64,000 bases of DNA from Eledone cirrhosa (Eukaryota), in NCBI GenBank assembly GCA_964016885.1, contig OZ024741.1:97588001-97652000 (forward strand). The letters are read 5' to 3'. Positions 40,046 to 54,841 of this stretch are shown here, in pieces (position 1 is the stretch's first letter; every line of letters starts with the position of its first letter). The notes under the pieces were generated by a model. The model saw only the letters and a list, made by a program, of their open reading frames with translations, did not search any database and was not told where the DNA came from. The translations under genes were made by a program, and so were the position numbers.

Positions 40046-40362
40046 CCAAGGTTTTACTTAAGCTTACATGCAAACATAAAAAATGTTTCACCCTCTCACT
40101 CTATGAAATATGATTGATTACAATAATAGCGGATGGCAGTAACAGAACTCCTATGTTCGCATGGAACTTTAGACAGATAGGAGCAATGAGCCCAGATAAC
40201 CACGAATAAATAAATATGGTTTTATTGGACATAGGGAACATTCTTTTTCAAACATGATATATTAATTCTGAAATATTCTCTGGTAAAATATTTCTTAACG
40301 TTATTGTGTATATTTGTTTCAGCCCTTTCCGTTTAGTCTGGTACAATAGCATTTTTATACCC

Positions 40363-40533
40363 ATCGGTAGAGGGTCGGACGCCATGCTTTCTAGCATTAT
40401 TGCGTCCCACTACGGTCTGAGTTCAAATCCCGTCGAGGTTAACTTTGCCTTTCATCCTTACGGGGTCGATAAAATAAAGTACCAGTAATGTACTAGGTAT
40501 TTACTGACCTTGTGCCAAAAATAGAAACAATTA
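40363..40533 (+). mobile_element. SINE copy
   Basis: Same family as the array; TSD TTATACCCAT at 40355-40364 and 40534-40543. Confidence 0.9.
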
Positions 40534-43500
40534 TTATACCCATTAGTTAATGAAAATGTCAAGTCGTACTCGTTTACGACTTCACATCGAAATAATGGTA
40601 AAAATGGCGAGTTGTTCAATGTTTAAACAAGGTCGAAACGAACCCTTAACTTACTGGCAAATCCACCCGCCGAGTTAAACATATTTCTTGACCTTCAAGT
40701 CGTGATGAATATCATATATACATGTACATATACTGTATTATCTACGTGCTTTTTTATGTTTTTGCTTTGCTTATTTTTATCATTAAAGACTTTGTTTTCT
40801 TGTAGAAGACATTGCCGAATAATAGTTTTGTAAGCTAATGTCTGTCTTGTTTTATTATGTGCACGTTATCATTGTTGTAGAATTACTGCCTTTTTCAATG
40901 CATTGTGAATCAATATGTTTAGTTTTTTTGTGTGATTTGCTAGTTTATAGTTTCCTGTTGATGAGTTGGAGTTTTTATTCTGGTGTTAAAATAATATATA
41001 CGAGGCGTATATACAATTACCTGAGTAAATCTAATGTATAGACAGAAATAGCAGTTGAAAACCTCAAATAGTTTTCCACACAGTAATTCTGGATTATAAT
41101 CTACATTAGTTTTAAGCTTGCAATTGTTCTTGCATCATCAGCATCATCGTCGTACCACCATCTTCATCATCATCGTCATCATCTCATTCTTGTCTAATTT
41201 CTCCCGTTTCTTTATCGCTATCTTCCCACTCGTCTAATTATTGTTGTTGACATCGTTACTGTCTTCTTCTTCTTCTTCTTTATTGACTCAGCGTCTTCAA
41301 CTTTCTCTCTCGCCAAATACACTAATTAATTTTATTTAGCATTGACAGCACTGTCTGTATCATCATCATCATTATAATCATCATCATCATCATCATCCTC
41401 ATCATCATCATCATCATCCACATCATCATCCTCACAATTAAACATTCTCTCATTAACTCATTCGTTCTATAACTCACTGTCTATTCTTTTCGATCTAACA
41501 GTTACTATGTTACTGCCAACTCCTGCTTTCTCTCTCACCCACTCTCTCTCCCTCTATCACGATTCAAATATCGCATGGCTTAATATATGTTCATTGCTTC
41601 TGTAATTAAATTTCTATGTATATTTTATTGTAATTTGTTAATAGTATTTTAATCTTTCATTATTATTGTTCGTAACGTAATTATTGTTGCTGATATTTTA
41701 ATGGTGCATTTGTGACAAGATGATACTAATTTCTATATAAGAAGGTTACGATGGTAAAAACATTTCAACATGTAGTCAAATGTCTGGCGTCGATATTCAG
41801 TTAACATATTCTTCTTCTGGTAATACATATTTTTTATGATGTATTTAGAGATTATAGGTTAAAGTACGAGTTGATATTAATAATATTATAGTCATTAATA
41901 AGACGGGAGTGACGTCTAGGATAGAGACTATATATTCCATTATACAACATGGATAGGACTGTGCCGTTAATACACGAACTGAAAATTAGAAATATGAACT
42001 CAGTCCCCTTCATATTGCTCTCTACTATATTAACGAAAGGAAGGATAGATTACACCATGTCTTCATATATACTTTCTCTGAAATAAATATAGGTGAAAGT
42101 TGTGGCTATAACCCTTTTCATAAAACATCTAATCGATCCTTGTACTCATGGGTTCAACTACCACACAACAGCATAAAAAATACCTTACCCTAGAAGTTTC
42201 GATCAGATATAGCTTGATATCAAATCTCATCAATAGTTTGTTTGAAACGATAGTTTCGAGAAACAAAGGCTGGAGATGGACTCGGCTCAACTTAGTATAT
42301 CTTAGTAGACTACTTTCTCTCAATATTAGGTTATGGATAATAATCACACTAGCAAGAAAATAGAAATATTCCACTTCAGTCTCACGTTGTGTTTCAGATG
42401 TTGGGAATGCTGTATGACTCGAATGATACCAATTTATTTTTTTTAGGCTAAGAAAGGTTAGATATCAACATATAACTGCGTTGATACGACAATGATGTGT
42501 ATTCGATATTGAATGTTAGATATTGAGATACATATAATAAATTGATCCGACTAGAATGAATAAATACCAAAATAAATTTCAGTATAATCCATGTTATGCA
42601 AAATCTACTTCGACGTTGCTTCTCAAAACACTAAATTATAATTATGAAAACATTGGAAATGAAAATGTTGCCGTTAATTCTATCCTCTCCCGGGAAAGGT
42701 GATGACCAAAAGAAAATCGAATTTGCACTCTACTTCGTTCGCCGCTTGTTTACAATTCAACATTGCTACAGGACTAGATATGTAACTAAAAGTTTTAGGG
42801 GTGGTCATTTTATTCGCTATGGCATAGAAATGAGCCAGGGTTGTTCGACCCATCAGCTATGAAAAAGCTGAAATATCATGAAAGATGTTATTGGGATGAC
42901 CATTCAGTCTTTTGTTTTCTTCGTAGACATTTAGATCATATGAAATTGTATTATACGGGGTGCATTCCTGGTCTGACGATAGTGTATTGGTGATTTAAGA
43001 AAGATATGACGATTGATTCCAGCAGGTCTAGCAATAGTTTAGTATTAAATATTCAATTAGAATGATAGTTCAGGGTGAAGTAAGCTTCCCTACATTGTAT
43101 AAGATTACTATCCAGCAACTTCCCATCTGCCTATGTTGTGACAACATGATCATTATAAACTGTAGAAATTAGGACTATTTATAAGTTCATATTCAACACG
43201 TCAGTTTCTTTTTTTTAGATACGATCTAGCTTAGCATAACGTCTAAAAGAGCAGATCTGTGATTAAGGCGTTCCACTCGTTACTATGCTTTCTATACTGT
43301 CTGTCTAACGATAGAGATTTAATGTTCCATGTATTATGTTAAGTTGCTATTTAATAGATAGTTAACTGGAATGTCAAGGTAGCCGAACTTCTACAGCACA
43401 ACATCATCTTTGATTCGGCCTTCTTAGAGAACTAAGAGAAAGTTTTATTTCCTACCAGTTGGATGGATATTCATCAGCAAAGTATTGCAGATTACCATAC

Positions 43501-44379
43501 CTTTATCTATTTCGGATACAGAGAGGGAAGGAAAAGGGGAAAGAGAAAGCGAGAAGTAGTGAGGTAAAGAGTTAAATGGAATGAAGAGAAGACGGTGATG
43601 TTGACATGAAGAAATTGTGCTCTAAGTCATGGGCTGGTAAACTAATGTATTTACGACTCAAAGAATATTCTATTTACGATGACCCTTAGATTTCATTAAA
43701 GCAAGATAGAAGCATATATAAAGAGAATATGATTGAATGAAATATATATCTGCTTCAGAGAAAACCGGATCCAAATATATTGTGAAATCGTATTGGAAGG
43801 AAATTATTTACCGAGCATTTCATATTAATTGAAAGCTATTCTTCTGAAAATAACTGATATATATGCTGCAATTGAGGAGAAAATATTCCTAGACTAAAAT
43901 TTACAAATTACATTCAAAATTCAGAATAAATATGCAGAAAAATTAAGCATTACAAATAGTTTTATATTTGTCTGTTTTTCCTTTCTTCCGACAAGCAATA
44001 AATAATATCTTCAAATGACTTTCAAGTAACAGATGGCGTGCAATTGTAACTAAAAATTTATGATGTAAGTACATAAAATATATCCACATCATATTGGATT
44101 TTGAAAAAATAAGCATTTCAAATAGATTATTCGCATATACTTAATATGGTATATAAAAAAAACTTTGGAAATTGAAAGGGGTTGAAAACATTAAATAATA
44201 TTTAAATCTTATTTCTTTCCCGAATACTTCAATGACAATGGGACGCCTATATATATCTCGTTGGACAAATACATATTTACCTGTACTTGGGGTGTTTGTC
44301 TCCAAGATTCAAACTGAATCATTATATTTTACTTCAGAATAATATGCAATTTCCATATTCTAAAGCTACCGATTTTGTC

Positions 44380-44930
44380 CACGGAAACTTGAAGGTCTTA
44401 TTTCGCTTGCCACAAGTCTCAACATAGAAGCTGCAATTAGAACACGATCCAATAAAAGAGACACGGAAAGGCACCCCACCTGACGCTCTGAGGAATCTGA
44501 CCATCATCTACTAGAAGCCAGAGTCAGGTATTTCAGATCACCTTCCAATGATTCTTGAAGTACCATGTCACTTACAATACCAACAGAATGATTATACACC
44601 AGCTCCCACAATTTCTCAAAAACATGCCAGATTGTGAATAATTGGCTGGCATTTCTGCGTTTGGGGCGAAAATCACACTGTTCCTCAGCTAACCTGTACT
44701 CGACAATATCACTACCTCTCTTTGTCAGACATCTCACATAGCCGTAACAGAGAGATTCCACTAAAATTACAATAATATCTCTCATCTACCTCTGCGAATG
44801 TTAGGTTTATCACACCTGATTACCATTCCTATGATGCCATCGAAGATATGTAGACACACACAAGTCATCCAGAGAATACATTTTCCAGTTTAAGCTTCTA
44901 GAATCTCCACAGAGGCCTTGATACATTTGA
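44380..44930 (-). pseudogene. Degenerate non-LTR RT fragment (RTE-like)
   Basis: LAEEQCDFRPKRRNASQLFTIWHVFEKLWE resembles the EEQCGFRPGRST.DQ.F.L....EK..E RT motif. Confidence 0.65.
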
Positions 44931-44989
44931 GCGGCTTATATATATATATATATATGCGATTATATACATGCGATATATATATATATGTA

Positions 44990-45838
44990 CGAGGTGTGTC
45001 AGAAAAGTTCCAAACTTCACACTAAGAGTTTTCTCCTTCAAAGTAATCCCCCTGGAGTCTAATGCACTTTTCGATCCTTTTCTGCCAATCTTGCATGCAC
45101 TCCTGGAAGGATTCTTCTGGGATCCTCCGCAGTTCCGTCTTCACGGCCTTTTTGATGTCGACGTCTTCCAAAACTGGTCCCCTCCGGATCGTACTCGAAG
45201 ATCCATCACTCTTCACCGGTGATGACTGTCCCTAGCAAGTCTGGTTCGGTTTCAGGACGCTCGAGGATTTCCTGGCACACTTGCATCCGTCGACCCTTCT
45301 GGTCATCGTTCAGCAGTTTTGGCACCATCTTCGCGCAGACTTTCCGTATGTCCAAATCTTGAGTGAGAATCTTCCAGACGCTGTCCCGATTCATGCCCGG
45401 CTCATTTGCCATCAGTCGAACAGTCAGCCCACGATCGCTACGCACCATCTGCCTGACGCGCTCAACGTTGACCTCAGTCCTGGTTGTTGAGGACCTTCCG
45501 CTCCTAGGGTCATCTTGCACCACTCAAAAACACGTGAGCGTGACATCGTCTCATCTCCATTCCCTTGCTGCAGCAATCCCAGTGCTTCTGACGGAGTTTT
45601 CCTCAACCATACAAGAAACTTCAAGTTTGTTCGTTGTTCTGTGCTCATTGCTTGATGACTTGAAACAGAGGACATGTATATAAAATTATGAAGAAAAAAT
45701 TTGATCGCTGCCAAGAGCTAAGATTACAGTTACATACTCCAGGGGGATTTATTTGAAGGAGAAATATCTTAGTGTGAAGTTTGGGTTTGAAATAAATCTT
45801 TTGTGACATCATTCCTGGAACTTTTGTGACACACCTCG
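44990..45838 (-). mobile_element. Mariner transposon with internal deletion
   Basis: TIR CGAGGTGTGTCA(G/C)AAAAGTTCCA at both ends with TA TSDs. EQRTNLKF, DDPRSGR, KVCAKMVPKLL and VITGEE are followed by a jump to the C-terminal WQKRIEKCIRLQGDYFEG. Confidence 0.92.
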
Positions 45839-45949
45839 TATATATATATATATGCATATATGAATATATTGTAATGCGCATTTGAATGAGTGATTCCAAG
45901 AATAATGCACCATAATGATTTCCCCAGCATAATTGAAGAGATGGGACTG

Positions 45950-46440
45950 TGCATCTTTCCGTTCTTTTTGTTTTTTTTCATTGCCTCTATACTGAGCGGC
46001 CTTTATGTTCAATTCATATTCCAAAGACTTAGTCATGCGGGTTTTTTCTTACCCTCTCAGATATCGCACCACACGGTCTTTCTTCCTCTATTCTCCGTTC
46101 TTACCTTTTATAACCCTGATTGACATTCGTCTATGTCTTCACGTTGGACTACTTCTGTTGCACAACATCTCTAATATTTTTTATACTTTCGCTAAGCCCT
46201 CGTTCCCTGTTCTATCCATTCTTTGTCAATTAGCGCAGTTGGGATGCTTTTTCGTCTATATTTGTGTAATTCTCTTAAAGGCATAACTTGTCTCTACCTG
46301 TTTTATTGTGTCCCAGTGTGCACTGAAATGAAAGGTATCAACTTTAAAGTGCCGAAATCATATTACTTTCCAGGTGTTCACTGAGGAGATGATTCTGTCT
46401 TCGCAGTGTTCTTTCCATTCTTTGTACTGTGCGTCTCGTA
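45950..46440 (-). mobile_element. Possible old RTE C-terminal fragment
   Basis: Broken minus-strand frames resembling the CL.RI....W.D...NE region of RTE ORFs. Confidence 0.3.
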
Positions 46441-47097
46441 TTTTGAAATATATACAATATATATATTATATGTGTGCGTGTGTGTGTGCCGGCGTGTGTG
46501 TGGGTGCGCGCGCGTGTGTGTGTTTGTACCGTCAAAATATTCTAAACATATATATTTCTTTTTATAAAATGTATGGTAGAGACTATATTATTTTGTTTCA
46601 TTTGCTATTGACACTATACAGTTTCATGCTAAGCGAATCAAGATGAGAATATTATATTCCACTGTGTAATGATGAGGTTCTGTTTGAAAGTCAACGAATT
46701 AATATACAAATACGAAATCCTAAAAGCACACAATCTTCTGAATTACATGGTTTGTACCGTTTCATATTACACAGAGACTGAGCTATATTAACATCAATAT
46801 CACTTACAGAACTGACAGCATTAATGCTAGTTTTTTTGTGTTGATGTTTTTGATATTGCCGGAGCTGTCGATGTTAATGTATCAGCTGTTATTTCTCTCA
46901 CTGCTACTGCCACTATATTTACCAAATCACCAGGGCTACTGACAAACAACAACAGACATTGCTGTATGAAACCTCTTCTAACCGCTATAAATAGTAACTA
47001 CTGATCATTATCACGATGATAGTTTCTTTGCCTTTCATTATCAGCATGATTAAACCAATGATTTCTCTACGTGGCTATCGCATCCCCCACTGCCACT

Positions 47098-47240
47098 GCT
47101 CTGCTGTTGCTGCTGCTGCTGCTGCTGCTACTACTACTACTACTACTACTACTGCCGCTGCTGCTGTTGCTTCTGCTGCTGCTGCTGTTGCTACTGCTAC
47201 TGCTTATGACGAAGATGATGATATTGATGATGATGTTGTT
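47098..47240. repeat. Trinucleotide repeat (GCT/ACT/GAT)n
   Basis: Directly visible. Confidence 0.9.
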
Positions 47241-47641
47241 TTGATGAAAATAAATGGACAATTATTGAAACAGTTTCGTGTTGAGAAACCTAACAAAAAT
47301 GGATGTCCACTTCCTGTTTTTTGTGAATATTAAGATTTTGTAGCACTTAACGTGGAGGCTGGTACCGTTAAAAAACATTCCAGCTGGTTTGGTATACAGA
47401 AGAACCGTGATTACATTCGTACATCGAATTTCAAGATGGAAGTCACGATGTGAATTAAATAATACTGAACATGCTTTGAAACTCGTCGACAGAAGTGTTC
47501 TGGTACGATAGTTAACTTGTTTGAACCAGACCTCTAGGCAGAAACACTTGAGAATTATTCGGTAGCAGAAACGTGTTGCACTCATGCGTAAATATGTATG
47601 TATACACACACACACACAAATACACACACACAGAGACACAT

Positions 47642-47719
<78 letters not shown>

Positions 47720-48591
47720 AAACATACATACATAATGTGAGAGATAGAGATAGATATAATTAAATAGATAGAGGGTTAGATCGATAGATGAATAGATAAA
47801 CTTATCGTTCTGGGCGTGTGTGAGGAAGCCGTAAGCAATATTTTTACTTACTGACATAAACTTAATGAGAAACAAACTTTCTATATAATTAAAATATGTC
47901 AGCGTACGTTAAATAGAATTGAAATCGGAAGACTATCGTACACAGATGCTACTAGCAAGCTTAACCACAATACTACTATGTAATAGGTAGGAATGTTTAT
48001 AACCTACATCGAGAATGTTTACGTCATTGAATAAACAAAGAAGAGTAATTGTTGTATATATCATCCGACGAATAAAAAGCTAAATTACATGTTTATCCCT
48101 CATAGGAGTATCTGAATCTTGACCAAGTCTCATGTGAACTTTAATGCGATAACTGGATAAATGTGTATTTTATTCACAATAGCAACTGCATACATTTGAA
48201 TTTAATGAGTGTGCAGCATATTTCAATAACTCAATTCAGCCCAACTACATGGTTACCCGCAGTAAATTTGTATAATTGCGAAATAAGTAATGATTTTAAA
48301 AAAAATAATACAATGCAGAAATTAAGTGCTTGTTCTCAAAAGTCTGTGTAAAATTGCAGTTATGATGGTGACCGCGCTAACATTTTGATTGACATATAAA
48401 ATTATATTCAGACAGAGAAAGTACAATGTTTCGACTATAACGAGGGACCTATGATCTAATAATCTAAAGATATTATTCATATAAACATACATACATGCTA
48501 CTGAAATTGTTATGTAATTTGTTAAATATATTTGTGTATGTATGTTGGTATTTATGTAAGCATGTATGTATGTAGCACACACACACACACA

Positions 48592-48703
<112 letters not shown>

Positions 48704-49122
48704 TACATATATTTGTATTTATATATGTAGGTATAAATACTAATGGATACTAATAATTAAGAATGTAAATATAGATATTAATATTTTATCATGCCTAACA
48801 AATACTCATCAGATAAATATGTTTCGGTGAGAGGAAAATGTATTAGCGTGCTTCGCCAATAAATCGTTAATAGCTGAATGTCATATCGATAAACATTTCA
48901 TATATTAACAAGTATCGATTGAAAAAGGATGTAATATTACAGAAAGCATTTTCTGGAAGTGGTTGCAGTTTAGGATAAATGATAAGAAGATTACATAGAA
49001 TTTTATAGATGATTTCTATATCGTTTAAGTGTACCATACACCACTGCCCAAACAATTGCACATACACTCTTATCTATATGCATATTTTTCATAAATAGAT
49101 ACACATATAGTTTATATACACA

Positions 49123-49160
<38 letters not shown>

Positions 49161-49166
49161 TATATC

Positions 49167-49204
<38 letters not shown>

Positions 49205-51239
49205 CGCGCGCGCGTGTGTATGTGTGTGTGTATGAGTGTGTGAGTGTGTGTGTATCTAATCAATTGGAGAGTAATCTCTTAAGAATAGAATATGTCTCGC
49301 AATCATCGGATATAACACACTGTTCAAGGAATGGCGAATTTTGTTAAAACTCTTCTCTGTAAAATGGAAGAGACAAATGAGCCCATGGTACTTAAGATTA
49401 CGGAAATCATTAGAAAAGGGAAAATAATTAATTTCTAAAATTGTTTCTTGTCCATTAATCTGCGTGTAGAATTTTATTTATATAAACCACGTACCGTCCT
49501 TGATCTAATTTCCTATATATGCGTATGTATAGGTGATACGTTGTCAGAATTAATACAGAAATGATGGAGATATAGATAATCTTTGAAAACGTTGGATCAA
49601 TTTTGAATACAGTTATTATGTATTGGCACATTAAGGGAAATCACGAGGTGGTTACTCGTTTTGATATAAGCAAGACACATTGTTCTGAATAATATATTAT
49701 TTTAATATAATGTCTTTCATTGATAATTGCGATTTTTTCGCAGCCATAGCAGTCAAATTCTCTCGACACGTTTCGCCGACATGTTAAAATAACATTAACT
49801 CTGTAATTCGTGCGTACGGAAAATCGCTTGCTTTTGAACGGAATAATAGAACTGCTGGTCAAATATGTACACCTCTTATTCCTCGTTAACACATGTCCCA
49901 GCTGAAACCTTTTAGAATCTACTTCAACCTATTATACATCTATGTTTGAATTAATAATCCAATATTCTCCTTCATAAAAGAATGACCTCTTACTACCAAC
50001 CTACGTAAACGTTTGAAATTTAAGGCAATTGCTAGCTATGATAGCATACATATATTTAGTTTGATTATCAGCAAATTAGGCCAATAATGTAGAACTAAAA
50101 CGTTCACTGTTTTAAATATGTTTATGCTACGGTATCAAAAATTAGTATCACTTGTAATAAACTGTGATTCTGCAACATAATCAACTTCCTTTTAATAATA
50201 AATTATTTTAGGGAGAAAGCGCTATGGCCATGATCTGAATATATCCGTCCATGACGGTGTGGCATTTTCGTGAACTATTCTGTTTGAATATAAAGAGAAC
50301 TTTACAGAAAATTTCGTTACTGGAGAGGGAATCGAGTGCATGTAACAATATGAATTGTATTATACAGCTCGCAGGACCCTAAAATTATACATGGTGGGGA
50401 TGAGAATCAAGGGTGGCTTAAAGTGAAAGTCGAATCAAAATCACCTCAAGTTAGGACTTACACGTTTCATATTCGCCAACGTGAAGGTATTAATGAATAT
50501 TTTAATCGTAAGCAGTAAAATTATATCTGGATACTGCGGAAATTGGATAAAACCATCTACACATATAACGTTATTTTCAGAGCACTGAACACTTGACTTA
50601 ATTTTGAAGATGATCTAGATTGAATGGCAAGGGAAGTTAGAAGGGAGCGGACACTCAAAGCAAAAACAAAGACATGTCTTTTAGTCCGCTTCCTTCCACC
50701 CCAAATCGCCTCGTAAATGCCACCTTTTAATTGATGTTTGCTGTCTGAAGAAATCACGATATCTATCGTCATTGAAATATATATATTTATACACACACAA
50801 ACATATGTATGTGTGTGTGTGTGTATGTATATTTATATGCGTGTGTGTGTGTGTGTTTGTGTGCGTGTTTGTTTGTGTGTGTGTATTTGTGTGCGCGTGT
50901 GCGTGTGCGTGTGCGTGTGCGTGTGCGTGTGTGTGTGTGTGTGCTTGTTTGTGTGCGCGTGTGTAAGTGAATATTTTTGGAAAATAAATTGGAAACGTTC
51001 ATGGCTACTTTCAAGGCCTCGGTGATATATTGGATCTGTTAGCAGCTGCAATGACACCTGGCCCGACTATTTGCAATATATTGCTCATTTTAAAGAATGT
51101 TAAGAGACATCAGGCAAACGAGTGAGCATATTAATTTTACAACTCAATGATATAAGTTCGTTAATCCTGGGTGGAGGTGTTTTACTTTTATGTCCATTGT
51201 ATGCCTTATAGCTATAAGGAAGATAGTTCATTTTTGACA

Positions 51240-51908
51240 TATGAAGTTATATAATATCAGTCGAAAGTAAAGCCGTCGCGCTTAGCTTCAGCATAAGAAA
51301 AAGAACAGAAGTGATCCACCAGCTATGCTCTCTATGCTAAAAAATATGCATTATGTTAGGCTCCATATAAGTCATGCATCAACAAACGTCTTTCATAAAG
51401 GCTCTGCTCTCGCAATCTGTGGTAACACACTAGAATACAAAATATCTAATGATGACTTCTTCACTACGTGCAACATTGGTGGCATTGAAACCATTCTTAT
51501 AAAACTTCCATTACTTTGGGCTGATCATGTCATCAGAATGAGTAGCAAAAGAATATCAAATGTCCACATGTTCAAACAATTTGATGATGGGTCAGTTATG
51601 TCTCAGGTATAAACACAAGCTGAAGAGAAAACTTTCAGCAACCAATATACCTTATGTGTCATAACGGAATCCTGAACTTCGATTGGAGATATAGTTATAG
51701 GCTACAAGAAATGAGAGAGGGGAAAAGCATTATCACACATACCAGGAATATTATCAAACAAGCCTCACACTTGCATAAACTATGGACTTGCTTGCAACTC
51801 CTTGGTAGGTCAAACATTTCATACCCAATATAAACACCCAAACTAAATGAACTGAAAAGGTTTTTTTCGGATCCTCAAACATCGAAATCGACGGGAGATT
51901 CCATCCAT
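51240..51908 (+). mobile_element. Degenerate RTE 3' fragment
   Basis: IETILIKLPLLWADHVIRMSSKRISNVHMF parallels IEALVLKQRLRWSGHLARMKDSRIPKQLF of the 60522-61889 ORF. Confidence 0.65.
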
Positions 51909-52590
51909 ATGAAAGTATATATGTGTGATTGTATACCTGCTTATTTGCGCACTCAGCATTTAGTAATTTAGTTAGGAATTAACTTATGTTATGCATTTAC
52001 TGGGTTTTATTGTTTTGTATTATATAGTGCAGTGTACAATTGTTGCATTGATTGGTGCATTTTTGAATTGCGATTGTTTAATCGTATAGGTTTATTTATT
52101 TAGTGCGTCGTTTTGAAAGGTATAATCTGACAGTTTTCCTGAGTGCCGATTTTTATAATTGATACCATAAATCTATATCGATATTCGCTATAACTATGCA
52201 TATATAGTAGAGTGTAAGGTATCTTGATGGATTATATATATTTCATATTTTTATATTTACATTTAAAGAAACGGATCGATTATTAGCCTCAATATTTAGT
52301 TAAGATGCATAACCTGTAGGGAAATATAGATACTTGGATGTAATAGCAATTTCTGTCGATTATTTCATCGATGCATCTCATATGAATTGTGAATTTATAT
52401 TTTGGTATTAGATTATTGTTGAGGAGGGAGTGAAAAAAATGACACACGTGCAAATTTATTGACAATGATCATGGACAAATGGTGTACTGCAAGGAATTAC
52501 ATCACAATACTCTTGGTTATTGGGATGACTAATGTCTCGTGAGTTGTATTCAACGGTGAATCTGGAAATTCCTGGATTCAAACAAATGTG

Positions 52591-52655
<65 letters not shown>

Positions 52656-53697
52656 GTGTGTGTGTGTGAGTGCGTGCGTGTGTGTCTGTGCATGTATATA
52701 AAGCGAGAGAGAGAGAGGAGGAGAGAGGGAGATAGTAAGGGAAAGAGAGTGAGAGAGATACTCGTATGAGAGTGTGCGTGTGGATAATATAAAACATATA
52801 CACGTATACTTGTTTAATACATATATATGTGTGACTCTGTGTGTGTATGTAGTATCCAGTGTTTTTGTAAGGTGGCTGAGAGCTTTATTTTCTCTAATTT
52901 ATAAATATAAAATTCATAACATTGATCCAAAATAAGTACATAGAGAGTCAAACGATTTCGTTTACAATAACCAATGTTTAGATTAATTGATAAAAATCAC
53001 CGTTATAGATGATATTTGACCTACATTTCATTTTTCAGATGACATTAAATTCTTATTAATTTTGAAATTCTAATACACAGCAGATCGTGTGACTCAGATA
53101 AACTTTACTTAGTCGATATTTTTGACAACATTTCAAATGCTTCATTTTTCATACATTTTGTCATTCAGGCTAGAGTCGTTTAATAACGCATATTTACACA
53201 TTCATTCATCGAAAAAAGACTAAACAGTTAAACCTGCTTTTCAAACATTATTTTACAATGCATTTGTTCTAAATTGAGGAACTTTTTAATCTTTACCTCC
53301 TACCCAATTCGTTTATTCTGGTCTTACTCATGACACTTAATTTCCTTTGTATTTCAATAACCCACCAATCCCTTCCCTGCAAGCAATTACTTAAAACACA
53401 TTTATTGTTATCGAGCCAATTACATTTTGCCTTCAATATTAAAAAGAAGGATTCTAATAAGCATTCAGCAATTTTTGTTTCACTTAATAAATTTTCAATT
53501 CCTAATAAATTTAGAATGTTTAAAATTGACTCATCTGTAATCGGAGTCTGTTATAGCTTTACTTTAATCATCTGCATTGAAAATCTAACAGAAATATAAA
53601 TACTTCAGCCATATACCATAATTATAATTCTATCATATTTGTTATCTTAAATATCTACCATAAATTTTACGAACCCGTGGTGTAGTTATACGTATGC

Positions 53698-53735
<38 letters not shown>

Positions 53736-53902
53736 AAGAATATTTTCGAAACAGCGAGTGGGTTTGAAATTATTAGAAATGTAAGCTATTGCCGTATTTT
53801 GACTAGAGAAATTAAATAAATTATTTAGCCTGATAGTGAGGTTAAGGACCCTCGGAGAAATGGAAAAAGATGAGCATTGACGTACATATATATATATATA
53901 CA

Positions 53903-54055
53903 TATAGAAAAGGCTTCTACAGGACTACAACTGGTTGTCCCGAAATAAACAGTTCTAGCCCTGTGGAAGCTTTTTTATATATTAAATATTTATACTCTGC
54001 TTTGTATTGAGTACCTTACCTACTGTCGTTACCCCTGATTGAACCCGGGATAAAA
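53903..54055 (+). mobile_element. Mini foldback element related to family B
   Basis: Hairpin TAGAAAAGGCTTCTACAGGACTACAACTG / CAGTTCTAGCCCTGTGGAAGCTTTTTTA, then tail TATACTCTGCTTTGTATTGAGTACCTTAC...GAACCCGGGATAA matching the reverse complement of 15005-15074. Confidence 0.8.
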
Positions 54056-54142
54056 TTATGCACAAACACCGATTTGTAAGACTTCGCCAGGTGGTGGTAT
54101 TAAGTTAGACATGGACTGGGCCAATACTGGCCGAAACCTGCC

Positions 54143-54272
54143 ATCGAATGTGGTTTTTTAGCCCAGCCAATGATCTAAAATGTCTTGCACAGAGTCGGCA
54201 ACTGATGTTAAATATGATGCCTGAGGTTCGATAGCGGATGTAAACACCATGCTCGCAATTCTTGAATGCAAT
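54143..54272 (-). mobile_element. Internally deleted RTE fragment
   Basis: Joins sequence matching ~61755-61825 (AFKNCEHGVYIRYRTSG) directly to ~60536-60594 (CRLCARHFRSLAGLK). Confidence 0.85.
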
Positions 54273-54354
54273 ATATATACATACATACATATATATACAT
54301 ATATATATATATATATACATACATACATACATATATATACATACATACATACAT

Positions 54355-54400
54355 GATGATGGCTGCCCCCTCGTTATCGAGTATGGCCATTGCACGAGAA
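54355..54400 (-). mobile_element. RTE 3' terminus
   Basis: Reverse complement GCAATGGCCATACTCGATAACGAGGGGGCAGCCATCATCAT, similar to 5562-5598. Confidence 0.6.
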
Positions 54401-54841
54401 GAAAAAAATAAAAATAAAAATAAATAAATAAATAAATAAAATAAAATAATAATAACAATAATAACAATAAATAAAAAAATAAAAAATATATATATATATA
54501 TATATACATACATACATATATACATACACACATACATACACATACACACACACATATACACACACACATACATTAATAACAATAATAATGATTTCATTTA
54601 TTGGCCACAAGGGCCGACATATAGGGGACAACACAATAGACAGGGACAGTGGGGGTTTACATAGAGATCGAGTAAGTATAAATAACAAAAAACAAAATAA
54701 CAATAAAAATACAACAATGAAAGTTCCCCAATAAGAGGGATCACCACCCAGGGTTGACTCAAGCACCCCACCAGTCCTGAGCCACCCGACGCTCCTAGGG
54801 CACCCGGGAAGGGCACGCCTCTCCTTCTCGAAATCACCAGC

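Noticed and set aside
47016-47333. 105-aa poly-Ala/Thr/Asp ORF
   Set aside because: Explained by trinucleotide repeats; no splice or homology support.
54115-54142. GGCC-AATACT-GGCC-GAAAC hairpin resembling hammerhead stem II
   Set aside because: No CTGANGA core upstream and no stem III partner.
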